Positions 40,761 through 51,549 of a stretch of 64,000 nt of DNA are shown here, piece after piece. A program made the position numbers and the translations under genes. The notes below the pieces were generated by a model. That model was not told where the DNA came from. It worked only from the letters and a program-made list of their open reading frames with translations, and made no database searches. This DNA comes from an uncultured Chthonomonadaceae bacterium (GTDB lineage Bacteria > Armatimonadota > Chthonomonadetes > Chthonomonadales > Chthonomonadaceae), in assembly GCA_963817895.1 (NCBI GenBank), contig CAWFQB010000001.1, positions 640,001 to 704,000 of the forward strand. The letters are read 5' to 3'. Numbering within the stretch: position 1 is the stretch's first letter; each line of letters starts with the position of its first letter.

Positions 40761-42479
40761 ATGCGAACTCAACGCTGGATGGCCGGGATGTTGCTGATGC
40801 TGCCGCTGTGGGCGCGGGCGCAGAATGGCGCGACTGCCGAAGACCCGCTGGCGAAAGCCTTGCAGCAGAGCAGTGTGTTTGTCGGCAAAACCCTGCGCGG
40901 ACAGGTGAACCAGAACGCGCTGGAGCAGTTGACGCAGAACGCTGCTGCCGAGCGTCCGCTGAAAATCGCCGTTGTCAGTCAGTTGCCTGCCAGTGGCAAG
41001 CAGTTCGCCACGCGCAACAATTATACCAAATCTTTGCACGACTGGCTTGGAATGGGGCGCGGGACGCTGATTGTCCGCACCAATGCGGGCGTTTCGGCGG
41101 CGACGGACGCGGTTCCCGCCACCCGAATTACGCAAATATTGCAGAAACATGCCTCGGAACTACAGGGCGATTTTGTGAACGGAATTCGGCAGACGGTTGC
41201 CGATCTGGACGCGGCGGCAACAGGACAGGCGAACGGCGTTCCAGCCACGCCCCTCTCCCCGGTTTCACCCGCTAATGGAACAGCAGATAATGGCTTCACA
41301 GCGGGGGGCGCAGATATTTCCCGGCCCAATACAGAGGGCGGCGTTCCGGGCTTTTTGTGGCTGATTCCGGCTGTGGGAATCGGCGGAGCGGCGTTGTGGG
41401 CGGGCAAGCGGGCAATGGACAAAGGGCAGGCGATGCGGCAGGCGCGGCAGCCTATTCAACGTTTACACGGAGAAGTGGTAAATGGCATCGCGTATGCGGA
41501 TACTTATCTGGATTTGCTGCCTGCGTCCTCAGAAGTGGAACAGGCGCGGGGCGCGCGACAACAGGCGGCGGGATTGCTGGATCAGGCCAACGCATTATTG
41601 CCAACGGCGCGAACAGTGGAAGATTACGGGCAACTGGAAGCCCTGCTGGAACAGGCCAAAGCGCTCACGCGAACCTGTCACAGCCTCATAGATACAGCGA
41701 CGGGCGGCACGGGGCTTGCGGTTGCGGTTGATGGCACGGACTACAGGGCCACTCCCGCTACGCATGACAACACGCCGCCCGACCAATCCGCGCCCATTAT
41801 TCCCCATTTGCGCGTGGAAGACATTCCCGCGAACGAGCGCGCGGCCTGTTTCTTCTGTTCGCGTCCCGCCCGCATTACCGATTTGACGCCGATTACGATT
41901 GCCATCAACGGACAGCGGCGCAAGGTGCTTGCCTGCGCGGACGATGTTGGCATTATTCAGCGCGGCGCGACGCCGAAAGTGCGCAGCATGTCGGCGGCAG
42001 GAGGACAGGCTGTTCCCTGGTACGCCAGTCGGGGCTACGATCCCTACCGCGACTACTACCGTTCCGACATGGTTTTCGTGCCGGGGTACGGGTATGGCGG
42101 CGGGGTAGCGGATGGTTTCCTGTTCGGCGCGTTGATGTCGCAGCCGTATGCGATGCCCTATCCCGTTTTCATCAACCAAAACGGCGACCCGACCAACGAT
42201 TTTGTTCAGGCCGGTCCGCCTGCTTATGCCGATAACGGCTTCAATGGCGACAACACGGGGGGTTACGACAACAGCGCGGCTGCCGGGTATGACAACGGCG
42301 GCAATGACGCGGGCGTGGGCGGCGCGGATTTCAGCGGCAACGCCGATGCGGGCGGCGCTGCCGACTTCAGCAGCAGCGCAAGCGTGGATTTCAGCAGTTC
42401 CAGTTCCGACTTCGGCGGTGGCGGCGCGGATTTTGGCGGCGGTGGCAGTGATTTTGGTGGCGGCGGTGGCGACTTCTGA
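40761..42479 (+). CDS. Membrane protein: TPM-like exported domain, TM helix, CxxC motif, Gly-rich tail
   Basis: Signal peptide; FLWLIPAVGIGGAALW; CFFC...C; DFGGGG repeats. Confidence 0.7.
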   Translation: MRTQRWMAGMLLMLPLWARAQNGATAEDPLAKALQQSSVFVGKTLRGQVNQNALEQLTQNAAAERPLKIAVVSQLPASGKQFATRNNYTKSLHDWLGMGRGTLIVRTNAGVSAATDAVPATRITQILQKHASELQGDFVNGIRQTVADLDAAATGQANGVPATPLSPVSPANGTADNGFTAGGADISRPNTEGGVPGFLWLIPAVGIGGAALWAGKRAMDKGQAMRQARQPIQRLHGEVVNGIAYADTYLDLLPASSEVEQARGARQQAAGLLDQANALLPTARTVEDYGQLEALLEQAKALTRTCHSLIDTATGGTGLAVAVDGTDYRATPATHDNTPPDQSAPIIPHLRVEDIPANERAACFFCSRPARITDLTPITIAINGQRRKVLACADDVGIIQRGATPKVRSMSAAGGQAVPWYASRGYDPYRDYYRSDMVFVPGYGYGGGVADGFLFGALMSQPYAMPYPVFINQNGDPTNDFVQAGPPAYADNGFNGDNTGGYDNSAAAGYDNGGNDAGVGGADFSGNADAGGAADFSSSASVDFSSSSSDFGGGGADFGGGGSDFGGGGGDF

Positions 42480-42486
42480 ATTCACG

Positions 42487-42537
42487 ACGGGGCGCATTGT
42501 TAGCGGCAGTTCTCAACTTCCGGCAACAATGCGCCCG
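42487..42537. terminator. Hairpin between convergent genes
   Basis: gggcgcattgtt...aacaatgcgccc. Confidence 0.55.
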
Positions 42538-42570
42538 GTTTTATTCCGTTTCTCCTGTGGAATTCTGAAT

Positions 42571-43455
42571 TCATCTTTCGGCAAGCGCCTGATGGCCGTC
42601 ACTGGCGCAGGTTTCCACATAGTGGCGCAACTGATGCGCGGCCAGCGTCTGCATCACAAGAGCCATGTTCAGTTTTTCCAGAGATTGAATGGTGGGCGTC
42701 AGGGAAGAGGGCTGTTTCGGCTCGGCGGTTTGACGCGCGGCCAGAATCTTATCCAGTCCTTTCAGCGCGTCGGTCAGGGCGGCCAGATTCTGTCGCTGTT
42801 TGACGGACGCGAGTTCATACGCCTGCAAGGGGGCGGCGGCGGCATCCAGAGCGTCCACCGTCTCGGCAACGTCTTCGGGGCTGCGGCTGCGGCGCAAGGC
42901 GGCAGTTTTTCAAATCGCGCGCCGTAAAGGTTCGATATGTTTCCTGTCCAGCCCCACCAGATTGGTAAAGCCGGTTCCCAATTCTTTGCCCGCCGCCATA
43001 CACTGCTGCGCGATGGCGCAGGGCTTGCCGACAACGGGGATACGCGCCAGCAAGCCAAGCGTGGGGCTGTGCGCGGCCCTGTCGAGCAGAGGCAGCGCGG
43101 GAGCCATTGCCGCCGCGAAGGTCGCGCCTGCCTGCGATATTTCACCCCCGCGCTTCGCCCCCGGTTCCAGCGCGTCCAAATTTACAGGCGCATGGTCCAG
43201 GCGATACAGCAGCCGCTGAAACGCATCGCGCGGCAGTTGCCCGGAATCCGATTCGGAGGCAGTTTCCGGTATTTGCGACGGGCGCGAAGGGCCGTTCTGC
43301 CGCCCGCAAAAGGGGATTCGCGTATTTGCTGCCGCCTGCGCCCCTGTCCTGTTCGCGCCCCATGACAGCAGCAACCCGGACACTACCAGCAGGCGCAGCA
43401 GCCCTGTGGCCTGCTTTGTTCTTTGCTTTAGGCTGTGCCTACCCCATGTTTTCAC
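42571..43455 (-). CDS. Hypothetical exported helical protein; apparent frameshift near 42910
   Basis: AGGAGG + GTG at 43455; ORFs 42910-43701 and 42571-42897 abut; last gene of the kinase cluster. Confidence 0.5.
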
Positions 43456-43493
43456 TGTGTTCCTCCTGTTGGAATGGTTGTCCGGCATGGTCT

Positions 43494-45509
43494 TCATTTC
43501 GGAAAATGCTTGTTGATGTAGTCGCGGATGGTGTGAGCGTTGTGCCGCTCCAGAACCGTGAATTGCTTTTCGAGTTTTTCCGCGTCGCCGGAAAGGGGCC
43601 GATACCAGGACTTGCCCGCAAAGTAGTCGGCCAATTGATGAACTTTGAAACGGTAGCCATGCGCGGCATACGGCTGATTGCAGGCAACCGTCAAATCCCA
43701 CCGGCTTTTCCCCATCAGGTCCGCGTCGGTCAATTCGCGAGTATTCATCTGCGCAAGCAGTTCGTCCGTTCCGCCGGAAACGCCAGGCGCGGTGTTGTTA
43801 AAAGTCTGTTGATGGGTTGACGGTCGTTTCACAGGATAATGATAAACAGGACGCGGGTCGGGATGCGCTGCGCCTTCCGAACTGCCGCCGCGCGCAAAGG
43901 ACCAGTGATAGGAAGAATTGCCATCGCTGCCCTTTCCGGCAAGCGTATCGGAATCCACCAGCCGTCCTGCTTCCGCGCCGAGCTTCCAGGGCTTGGTGGC
44001 CGGCAGTCTGAGAACGCGCGTTTCATGAAATTGCACTCTTTTACCATCATTGCCCATGTCGCCCGCTGTCGCGATCTGTACCTCGCCCTGCGGATATTGA
44101 AGGGTCATCACGCCCGAAAACGCGCTTCCATGCGTATCTGTCACATCAAGCGCGGCGTCCCGGCAGATACCGAAGGTTCCCGTCCAGTGTCCCATCAGTT
44201 TTGAAGCGGACGCGGTTATGGGCGGCAGAGAAGGGGTGTTGCTCGGATTTGTTTCCGCCGAAATGGGGTTCTCTGCAATTGTTTTCTTCTCTTCTGTTTT
44301 GGGCGCAGGCGCGTCGCCGGTTTTCGAGTCAGTTGTCCCCGTAGTTGAGACAGTTGCGTCGGTATGTGAGTCAGACGGCTTTACAGCAGGAGAAGCGTTG
44401 CCTGCTTTGTCTTCGGATTTATCTACAGGCTTATAGAAAGGCGGCGCGGGAGGATCATTGGCGGCGGTTCGCTTTAGCAGGCCCGCGCTTACCAGTCCTA
44501 CTCCTGCCAGCGCGACAATGCCGATACCCCAATAACTGGCGGCGGGCATACGACGCGCTTGCGGCAACCCGGCCTCCTGTGGAACAGACGATTCCGCCGC
44601 GCCCTGCCGCAAGCGAAGCCTGATTTGCCGCCACTGGGCCTCGCGGCGTCGCTTCCTCCGCGCGCGACTCCCCGGCAAGCGCGTTGCTGAAATCAAGACA
44701 GCAGGCAAAACGCTCCTGTGGGTTTTTCGCCAACGCTTTGAGCAGGGCGGCGTTGATGGATGGGGAGAGGGCGGGCTGCCATTCTATGGGCGGGCGGGGC
44801 TGGTCGCGCAGGTGACACATCAGCAGGGAAATCGGGGAGGCGTCCGCGCTCGCGCCGAACGGAAGCCCGCCGCATAACATCTCATAGGCGACGATACCGA
44901 GCGAGTAAACATCGGTGCGATAGTCAACATCGGGCCGGCCCTCCGCCTGCTCCGGCGACATGTACTCGGGCGTACCCACGATCATGCCCGCTTTGGTCAG
45001 GCGCGTACCGCTGCCGTCCTGTTGCGCCCGCGCATCCCGAAATCCACCAGTTTCACTTGAAGCCCGCCGCCTGGGTCACGGTGCAGCAAAATATTAGCCG
45101 GCTTGATGTCGCGATGGATGATCCCCTGTTCATGCGCGTAATCCAGCGCCTGCGCGATCTGCCGTATGAGAGGCAGAGCCGTATCGGGCGGCAATGCGCC
45201 TGCCGAAGACAGCAGATCGGCAAGGTCGCCGCCTTCGATGAGTTCCATTGTGAAATAGGGGCGCGGGGCGTCCGGCGCGGCGACGGCGTGAATGGTAGCA
45301 ATATGGGGATGGCGCAGGCGGGCGGCGGTACGCGCTTCATTGAGAAAGCGCTGCACGAACTCGCGGTCATGGCACATCTGTGAGGACAGCATTTTCAGCG
45401 CCTCATCGCGGTGCAGTCCCGTATGCCAGGCGCGATACACCTGCGCCATTCCGCCCTCGCCCAACAAAGCGTCCAGCCGATATACATCTATTTGATTGCC
45501 CAATTCCAT
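43494..45509 (-). CDS. Hanks-type Ser/Thr kinase with TM helix and C-terminal YARHG-like domain; apparent frameshifts
   Basis: LGEGGMAQVY, HRDIKPANIL, VDFG, GTPEYMSPEQ, DVYSLG; TM YWGIGIVALAGVGLV; PYAAHGYRF. Confidence 0.9.
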
Positions 45510-45557
45510 AGCGCCCTCCGGCTTGAAACGTGTTCCTGTGGCTGGTTAGCTCCGTGT

Positions 45558-46667
45558 TCAGGAAGCGTTGGCTTTCGCGCTGTTGCGCATCAGGTTGAAC
45601 AGAGCCAGCGCGGATAATGCGCCGATTGCCGCGCCCAGAAGCCCGCCGCCAACCAGGTAGCAAAAGGAGGTAATGCACAGCCCCTTAACGTCCACAAAGA
45701 ACATGCCATGCAAATTCGAGCCAAGCGTAAGAACGTCCATGAGCGGCATCTGCATTCCGAGTATGGAGGGCCGCAGCATGAATCCGCCAAAGTTGCCTAC
45801 CAACGCCCCGGCCAGTCCCAGTCCGATCACTCCACCCATAGCGGAACCGGATTTCGACGCTACTCGCGCCGCGCCCGAAACAGGGGCGGGACCGGGCATG
45901 TTCGCGTTAATGTTCGAGCGCGCGGCTTCTTGCGGCGCCGGTGTGGAAGCGGCAGAGGTCTGCACCGTCGCGGGACGGGCGGAGGACATCTCAGGAACCG
46001 CCGGTGCAGGCGGGGAAATAATCGGATGGGGCAGCATCGGCTCGGCAACAGAGGGACGCGGGAAAGTTTCTGCTGCTATCGCGGGGGTTGGCAGCGGACG
46101 CGGCTGGTCACAGGCAGGCGTAACGGAGGGCCTGTCGGCAAAAAAACTGGCATTGGAAGCGTGTGCCGCCTCATCATTCAAATTCGTTCGCGCCTCATTT
46201 ATAGAGATTGCGGGCGGCGAAATGGGAACCTTCACTGCATTGCCCGACACAGACGCATAACCGGGAAGGTCGCCCGATGAACCTGTTTCAGAATTGGCCG
46301 GTAGGTCGTAGTTGGCGGACGCCTCGCGTGAAGTCTCCACAGGGAACGTCGGCGCGGGCATAAAAACAGTCGGCATGTTGCGCGGCAGGGTCAGATTGAG
46401 TTCGCTGCCGCCGATACGAATCACGTCGCCGTCCTGAAGCGTATAACGATCCGCCACGCGCTGATTGTTGACAAGCGTGCCGTTGCGGCTGCTGATGTCG
46501 AGCAGTTGCCATTCGCCCAGCGCGTTGCGCTCCAGCATGGCATGGCGGCGCGATACGGCCATATCCGCTTCGGGCAGCAGAATGTCGCAGCCGTCGCCCC
46601 TGCCGATAAGATAGCGTTCTTTTGAAAGCGGCATGGGTGTGCCGTCCACACTGATTTGTCCTGTCAC
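45558..46667 (-). CDS. FHA-domain protein with Pro-rich linker and C-terminal TM helices
   Basis: IGRGDGCD, VSRRHA, SRNGTLVN. Confidence 0.9.
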   Translation of the reverse strand: MTGQISVDGTPMPLSKERYLIGRGDGCDILLPEADMAVSRRHAMLERNALGEWQLLDISSRNGTLVNNQRVADRYTLQDGDVIRIGGSELNLTLPRNMPTVFMPAPTFPVETSREASANYDLPANSETGSSGDLPGYASVSGNAVKVPISPPAISINEARTNLNDEAAHASNASFFADRPSVTPACDQPRPLPTPAIAAETFPRPSVAEPMLPHPIISPPAPAVPEMSSARPATVQTSAASTPAPQEAARSNINANMPGPAPVSGAARVASKSGSAMGGVIGLGLAGALVGNFGGFMLRPSILGMQMPLMDVLTLGSNLHGMFFVDVKGLCITSFCYLVGGGLLGAAIGALSALALFNLMRNSAKANAS

Positions 46668-46768
46668 GCTGCTGTTTCCTTTCCTGAAGATTTCTCGCGT
46701 TGCGGTATGGCGGGGCGGAAGAAGCCGGTCAAACCCGCCTCTTCCGCGCCAACAATGCCGTCGAAAAA

Positions 46769-49700
46769 CTAACCTTTCTTCTTCGGCTTGTCCTCGTCTT
46801 TCTTGTCTGTCTTGTCTTCTTTCTTCGGCGGGTCCTTCGGCTTCTCTGTTTTATCGGGAGCGCCTCTGCCTGTCTGACCGCTGCCCCTGCCGGGAGAGGT
46901 ATCTCTACCGACAGTGCCACCTCCTCTATTGGGAATAGAATTAGGAGTGCCTCTGCCGGGGGGCGTACCGCCTGTTACCGGAGGTTTGCTGCCCCCGCCA
47001 TTGTTCCCGGCAGACCCCGGTATGCTGCCGGTGCGGGGGGTTGTTCTGACACCGGTACTGCCTGTCGTGGTTCCGGGGATATAGCCGCCCTTTACTCCTG
47101 TGTTGCCGGGGTGTGGGTTGACATAGGCGGTGGGTATCGAAATTTGACGCGCCTTCACCCCCTCAACAACCACGCTTCTGTTGATTCTGGATGGATAGGA
47201 AACGAGCTTGCCGGGGGCTGCGGTTCTGACTACGGCTGACCATCCCATCGGCAGGGGCGGCGTGGGCCTACCACGCCGTTGCACCGACTGGCTTACAACA
47301 AGCCAATTCGGTGTCGGTTGCAGGAAGATGGCATTGCGGGTGTAGCGTTCGCGTCCGTAAGCGGGAATGACAATCAGGCGCTCAAAAACCTGCTGAAAGC
47401 CCCGGTAATCTTTGTTTTTATCTGAGGCGAAAATGTAGCGGACGAACTCGCCGTATTCCGGGTCTTCCGCCACGATGAGACTGGCATCCAGTTTGGGATT
47501 GGGAAGCCAGGCGCGGGCAGACACGACGCCGGTTCCGGGCTGCGGAATACGCTGCGCGGCTTCCACCGCCGCCGCTTCCTGTTCGCTGTCGGTTCCCTGT
47601 TCCACGGTGCGCCAGCGATGCCGCAACTGGCAGGCGCAGGAGTGTGGCCCGGCTTCCGTGACCACCGCCGTGTAGTAGTCGGCGGACAGTCCCTGCTCAT
47701 GGTACGGCAGCGGCTGTCCCATCACGGAAATTTCGAACTGACTGGGGGATTGCTCCGTAGAAACCTGTACGCCGTCCGCCGTGCCGACATTAAGGAATAG
47801 AATGCCCTGCGCGTAATCCATGCCGGTGACGCGCACATTGAAGTCGGCGGCGCGGGTAATATCGGCAACCATGTCGCCGAACGCCTTGCGCGATGCGATA
47901 ATGGGACAGCGGCTCACGGCGTTGTGCATGCTGTTCTGCAAGTCCAGCAGATGCTGAACGCGGTAACGCGCCCGCTCCTCATTCTTCATCTTCCTTAGTT
48001 TGGCCTGCTCCTCTTCGGGCGCGGTTTTGTCTATGGATTCGAGGATTTTGCGGGCGTCCTCGTGATTGAGCAGGGCTTCCATCAGGGGCTTGTCGTCTTC
48101 CACTTCGGCTTCGTAGTCGGCGAGGGCATCGGCATGAGCGCGCGTATTCCCGACGCGCTGATTTTTTTCCACATCCGTCAGCGTATAGTCCACATCCACG
48201 CCGCACTCGTACCGAAACGGCAGCGAACCCGCCAGTTTCTCCTTCGCCTCTTTGAACGTTGCGCTTGCCGACAGCGTCAGGTCGGCGTTTTCGCGCAAAT
48301 CGACAACCTCCAGGGAGTGAATCTGGCTTAGATACCCGCGCAGGTCGTTGTTGGATACCAGGCCGGTGTGGTCGTGTCCCGTGAAATTTTCCACGAACAG
48401 GCGGGCTTTTGCGCGGGGTACAAACGCGGTAGTCCCTGATTTCAGCAGTTCCGTCGAACGCTTGACCACGATCTGGTTGACACTGCCATTGTTATAGCAG
48501 ACAACCATGCCCTCCTGAACATAGTTTTCGCAGGGGCCGCTGACGGACGTGAACGTTCCTTCCGGCGAACCGAGCGCCTCATGCGCTTCGGCCTGTGTGC
48601 TGCCGACGTGAATGCCGCCGACGCTTCCCGCGTCGGCGCCGGTGAGCATCAACATCTCACAAAGCATGGCGGCATCCGGGTTGACAGAGGGACGCATCAG
48701 CGCGGTCAGCCCCTGCCGGTCATATTCCCACGCCTGGCTGCCGTTGGCAACATCTTTGATGCTATCGGCTTTGCCGACTTTGGCTTCCACTTGCGCCTGC
48801 CCGTCCAGTACGGCGATATTATCGGCGATCTTGAGGTTCGCGATCTTCACGAGATGCAGTTTGTCACAGGCGACGGCATTGTCGCGGTCGTAAGGGTCAG
48901 TTTTGTAGGTGTTGATCAGGGCTTCCGCTTCGCCGCCGGACAGGTCTTTCTTAACATGAATGGGAATGGGGCCACTGCCGAGCGCGGCGACAGGCACGCT
49001 GCAAACAACGATGCCCGCCGCGTCCGCTGTCCACGTTTGACCGGGCGCGGCGGGCGTTGTGAGAACGCTTCCGGGCTGTGTCGTGACCTGCACATCCACA
49101 GCATTATGCTCTATGGACACGGCAGTCGGATCGGGTTTGGAAAACACCACGTCCTTGTATATTGTTTTCGCGGTAGTCGAGGCCGGCTGCGGCTTTGTTT
49201 TGGGCGTGGCGTTGCCGCGCTGCCCTGCGCCCGTTCCGGGCAGGCCGGCAAGCGCAAGATGCGAGGGGTTCCCGCTCTCCTGCCAGACGGAGTTTTCCAA
49301 CCGGGAAGGAGTGTGGGCCAGGCGCGTGGAAGGCGCGCGCGTGGACTCTTCGGAGTAGATGGCAATGCGACGCCCGTTGAATTCCTTTGAAGGCCCAATG
49401 CCCTCGGAGGGGACGTACAGGCTGGCTGTATCCGCGTTCGCCACCTGCCAGTGCTTGCTCTCGCCGTCGGCAAAGGCGATGTCAATGGCGACCGGCAGGG
49501 GGCCGATTTTCTTCAGGCTGACGTGTCCCTGCGCGTCCGTAATCAGGGGCGCGTTGGGCGCGTCGCCAATGACAACATCCTCCTCCTGCCCCGGACGCGG
49601 CGTTTTTCGGTGTATGGTGGCGATCACGCGCAGCCCCGCAACCGCCTGCTGCCGGGGGTCCACAAACGACAGGGTTGTATCCTGATAGTTCGTTTTGACA

Positions 49701-50077
49701 ATTACAGTTTCAGGCACTTTGACAATGACCGGCTTTTTGCTGCCCCGTTTAGGCGGGAGGGTTTTTGTTGACGATGGGCGGCGGTAAATATGCTGCCCGT
49801 ACATAGCAGAAGCCACCTGCATGTGGCGCTGCTGGTGAAACTGCGCGACTTCTGCTGCGTACTGCTTATGCTTCTCGCCGTTCTTCTTGTTGTAGGCATC
49901 AGTGGCGTGAACTGCCACTTTGGTCGCGTGTTTGAGAGGAATGGAGCTTGGCAGACCTGCCAGAAGTTGGGCTTTCGTAGAGTCAGAATCCTCGCCCTTC
50001 ACCAAAGCGGCACTGCCCGCAAGGGCGAGAAGCGCCAGGGCGGCGAGAGGATGAAGGCGTATTTGAAGCGGCATCAT
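46769..50077 (-). CDS. Large secreted hypothetical protein (1102 aa) with Gly/Lys-rich tail
   Basis: Signal peptide; intact long ORF co-oriented within the kinase cluster. Confidence 0.75.
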   Translation of the reverse strand: MMPLQIRLHPLAALALLALAGSAALVKGEDSDSTKAQLLAGLPSSIPLKHATKVAVHATDAYNKKNGEKHKQYAAEVAQFHQQRHMQVASAMYGQHIYRRPSSTKTLPPKRGSKKPVIVKVPETVIVKTNYQDTTLSFVDPRQQAVAGLRVIATIHRKTPRPGQEEDVVIGDAPNAPLITDAQGHVSLKKIGPLPVAIDIAFADGESKHWQVANADTASLYVPSEGIGPSKEFNGRRIAIYSEESTRAPSTRLAHTPSRLENSVWQESGNPSHLALAGLPGTGAGQRGNATPKTKPQPASTTAKTIYKDVVFSKPDPTAVSIEHNAVDVQVTTQPGSVLTTPAAPGQTWTADAAGIVVCSVPVAALGSGPIPIHVKKDLSGGEAEALINTYKTDPYDRDNAVACDKLHLVKIANLKIADNIAVLDGQAQVEAKVGKADSIKDVANGSQAWEYDRQGLTALMRPSVNPDAAMLCEMLMLTGADAGSVGGIHVGSTQAEAHEALGSPEGTFTSVSGPCENYVQEGMVVCYNNGSVNQIVVKRSTELLKSGTTAFVPRAKARLFVENFTGHDHTGLVSNNDLRGYLSQIHSLEVVDLRENADLTLSASATFKEAKEKLAGSLPFRYECGVDVDYTLTDVEKNQRVGNTRAHADALADYEAEVEDDKPLMEALLNHEDARKILESIDKTAPEEEQAKLRKMKNEERARYRVQHLLDLQNSMHNAVSRCPIIASRKAFGDMVADITRAADFNVRVTGMDYAQGILFLNVGTADGVQVSTEQSPSQFEISVMGQPLPYHEQGLSADYYTAVVTEAGPHSCACQLRHRWRTVEQGTDSEQEAAAVEAAQRIPQPGTGVVSARAWLPNPKLDASLIVAEDPEYGEFVRYIFASDKNKDYRGFQQVFERLIVIPAYGRERYTRNAIFLQPTPNWLVVSQSVQRRGRPTPPLPMGWSAVVRTAAPGKLVSYPSRINRSVVVEGVKARQISIPTAYVNPHPGNTGVKGGYIPGTTTGSTGVRTTPRTGSIPGSAGNNGGGSKPPVTGGTPPGRGTPNSIPNRGGGTVGRDTSPGRGSGQTGRGAPDKTEKPKDPPKKEDKTDKKDEDKPKKKG

Positions 50078-50129
50078 TGTGACCTTTCACACTTCGGCAG
50101 TTCTGCCGAAGTGACGTTACAGAGGAATA

Positions 50130-51505
50130 CTACGGCATCGGCTTATTCAAATTTTTATCAATCAAAGCTTTCAATGGAATTAAATCGCTATCTTCGGGAA
50201 ATAGCTCGGTCGCATGGCGGACAGTATTCTGAGCAGCCTTATAGTCCTCCAGATAGTATTGAGCGCGTCCCAGTTGTACCCAAGCAACCCGATTGACGCT
50301 GTCTAATTCAATTGCATGGCTCGCATGCGTTTGCGCGCGTCGCGATTCTTCATCGCAAATGGTCAGTTCTTTTTCCGCATCTTCTCGCGTCAGTTTGCCC
50401 TGTTCCTTGCGGGCTGTCAAATTGAACCGACGCGCGCTCACATCATTTACCAACTTTTTGAACTCTGCGCCTCTTGCTCTGCCAGCCTGCCGGTTTGCGC
50501 GTTCTGCCAGGCGCGTCCGGCGAACAGGGAACAGGCGGCGAGGACAAAGCACAGGGCCACGAGCGCGGGCGTTTTGGAAGCGCGGGGCGCGAGGGGCGTT
50601 GACCTGACGGCGACAGGCTCCGGCAGCGAGGCCGCTGGAATCGGTCTGGGGCGGGGCAGGGCGGCGGCAAGCGCGTCCACGAAGGCGGCGCAGCAGGCGA
50701 AGCGCTCGGCAGGCGTTTTGGCAAGCGCGGCGAGGATCGCCGCGTCAACCCCGGCAGGCAGATCGTGAACATGGCTTGAGGGCGGCGCGGGCAGGTCGCG
50801 CAGATGATTCATGATGATGGAAATCGCCGACACGCCCGCGCCACCCTGAAACGGCGGCTGCCCGCACAGCATCTCATACGCCACAACCCCGAACGAGTAG
50901 ATGTCGGTATGGTAGTCTATTGTCGCCTTGCCTTCGGCCTGTTCGGGCGACATGTATTCCGGCGTACCCACAATCATGCCCGCTTTGGTCAGGCGTGTGC
51001 CGCTCGCGTCCTGCTGCGCGCGGGCAATCCCGAAATCCACCAACTTTATCTGCGCATCGCCGTGTTCTCCCGTGTGCAGCAGGGCGTTGGCGGGCTTGAC
51101 ATCGCGGTGAACCACGCCCTGCCCGTGCGCGTAATCCAACGCCTCCGCCATCTGTCGCAGGATGGGCAGGCACTCGCGCAACGACAAGCGCCCCTGCCGC
51201 GCCAGCAGGTCGGACAGGTCCCGGCCCTCGATCAGCTCCATCGTGAAAAAGGGCTGTGGCGCGTCGGGTTCGCTGACCGTGTAAATGGTAGCGATATGCG
51301 GATGCCGCAGACGGGCGGCTGTGCGGGCTTCGGTGATGAACCGCTCCACAAAGTTGCGGTCATGCGCCAGATGCGGCGGCAGCAGTTTCAGCGCCTCGAA
51401 CCGGTGCAACCCGGTATGCCAGGCCTTAAATACCTGCGCCATGCCGCCCTGCCCCAGCATCTCCTCCAGCCGATAGGGTCCTATTAAATCTGCTTGTGTT
51501 GTCAT
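50130..51505 (-). CDS. Hanks-type Ser/Thr kinase with TM helix and TPR-like tail; apparent frameshift near 50470
   Basis: LGQGGMAQVF, HRDVKPANAL, DFGIAR, GTPEYMSPEQ; AWVQLGRAQYYLEDY..A. Confidence 0.9.
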
Positions 51506-51549
51506 GGTTTGCCTTGTGCTTTGTCGTTTTGCTGTTCGCTATCAAGATG

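Noticed and set aside
42360..42479. GGC-rich repeats here, and short duplications at 9423-9452 and 60391-60430
   Set aside because: Low-complexity coding repeats explained by the protein sequence
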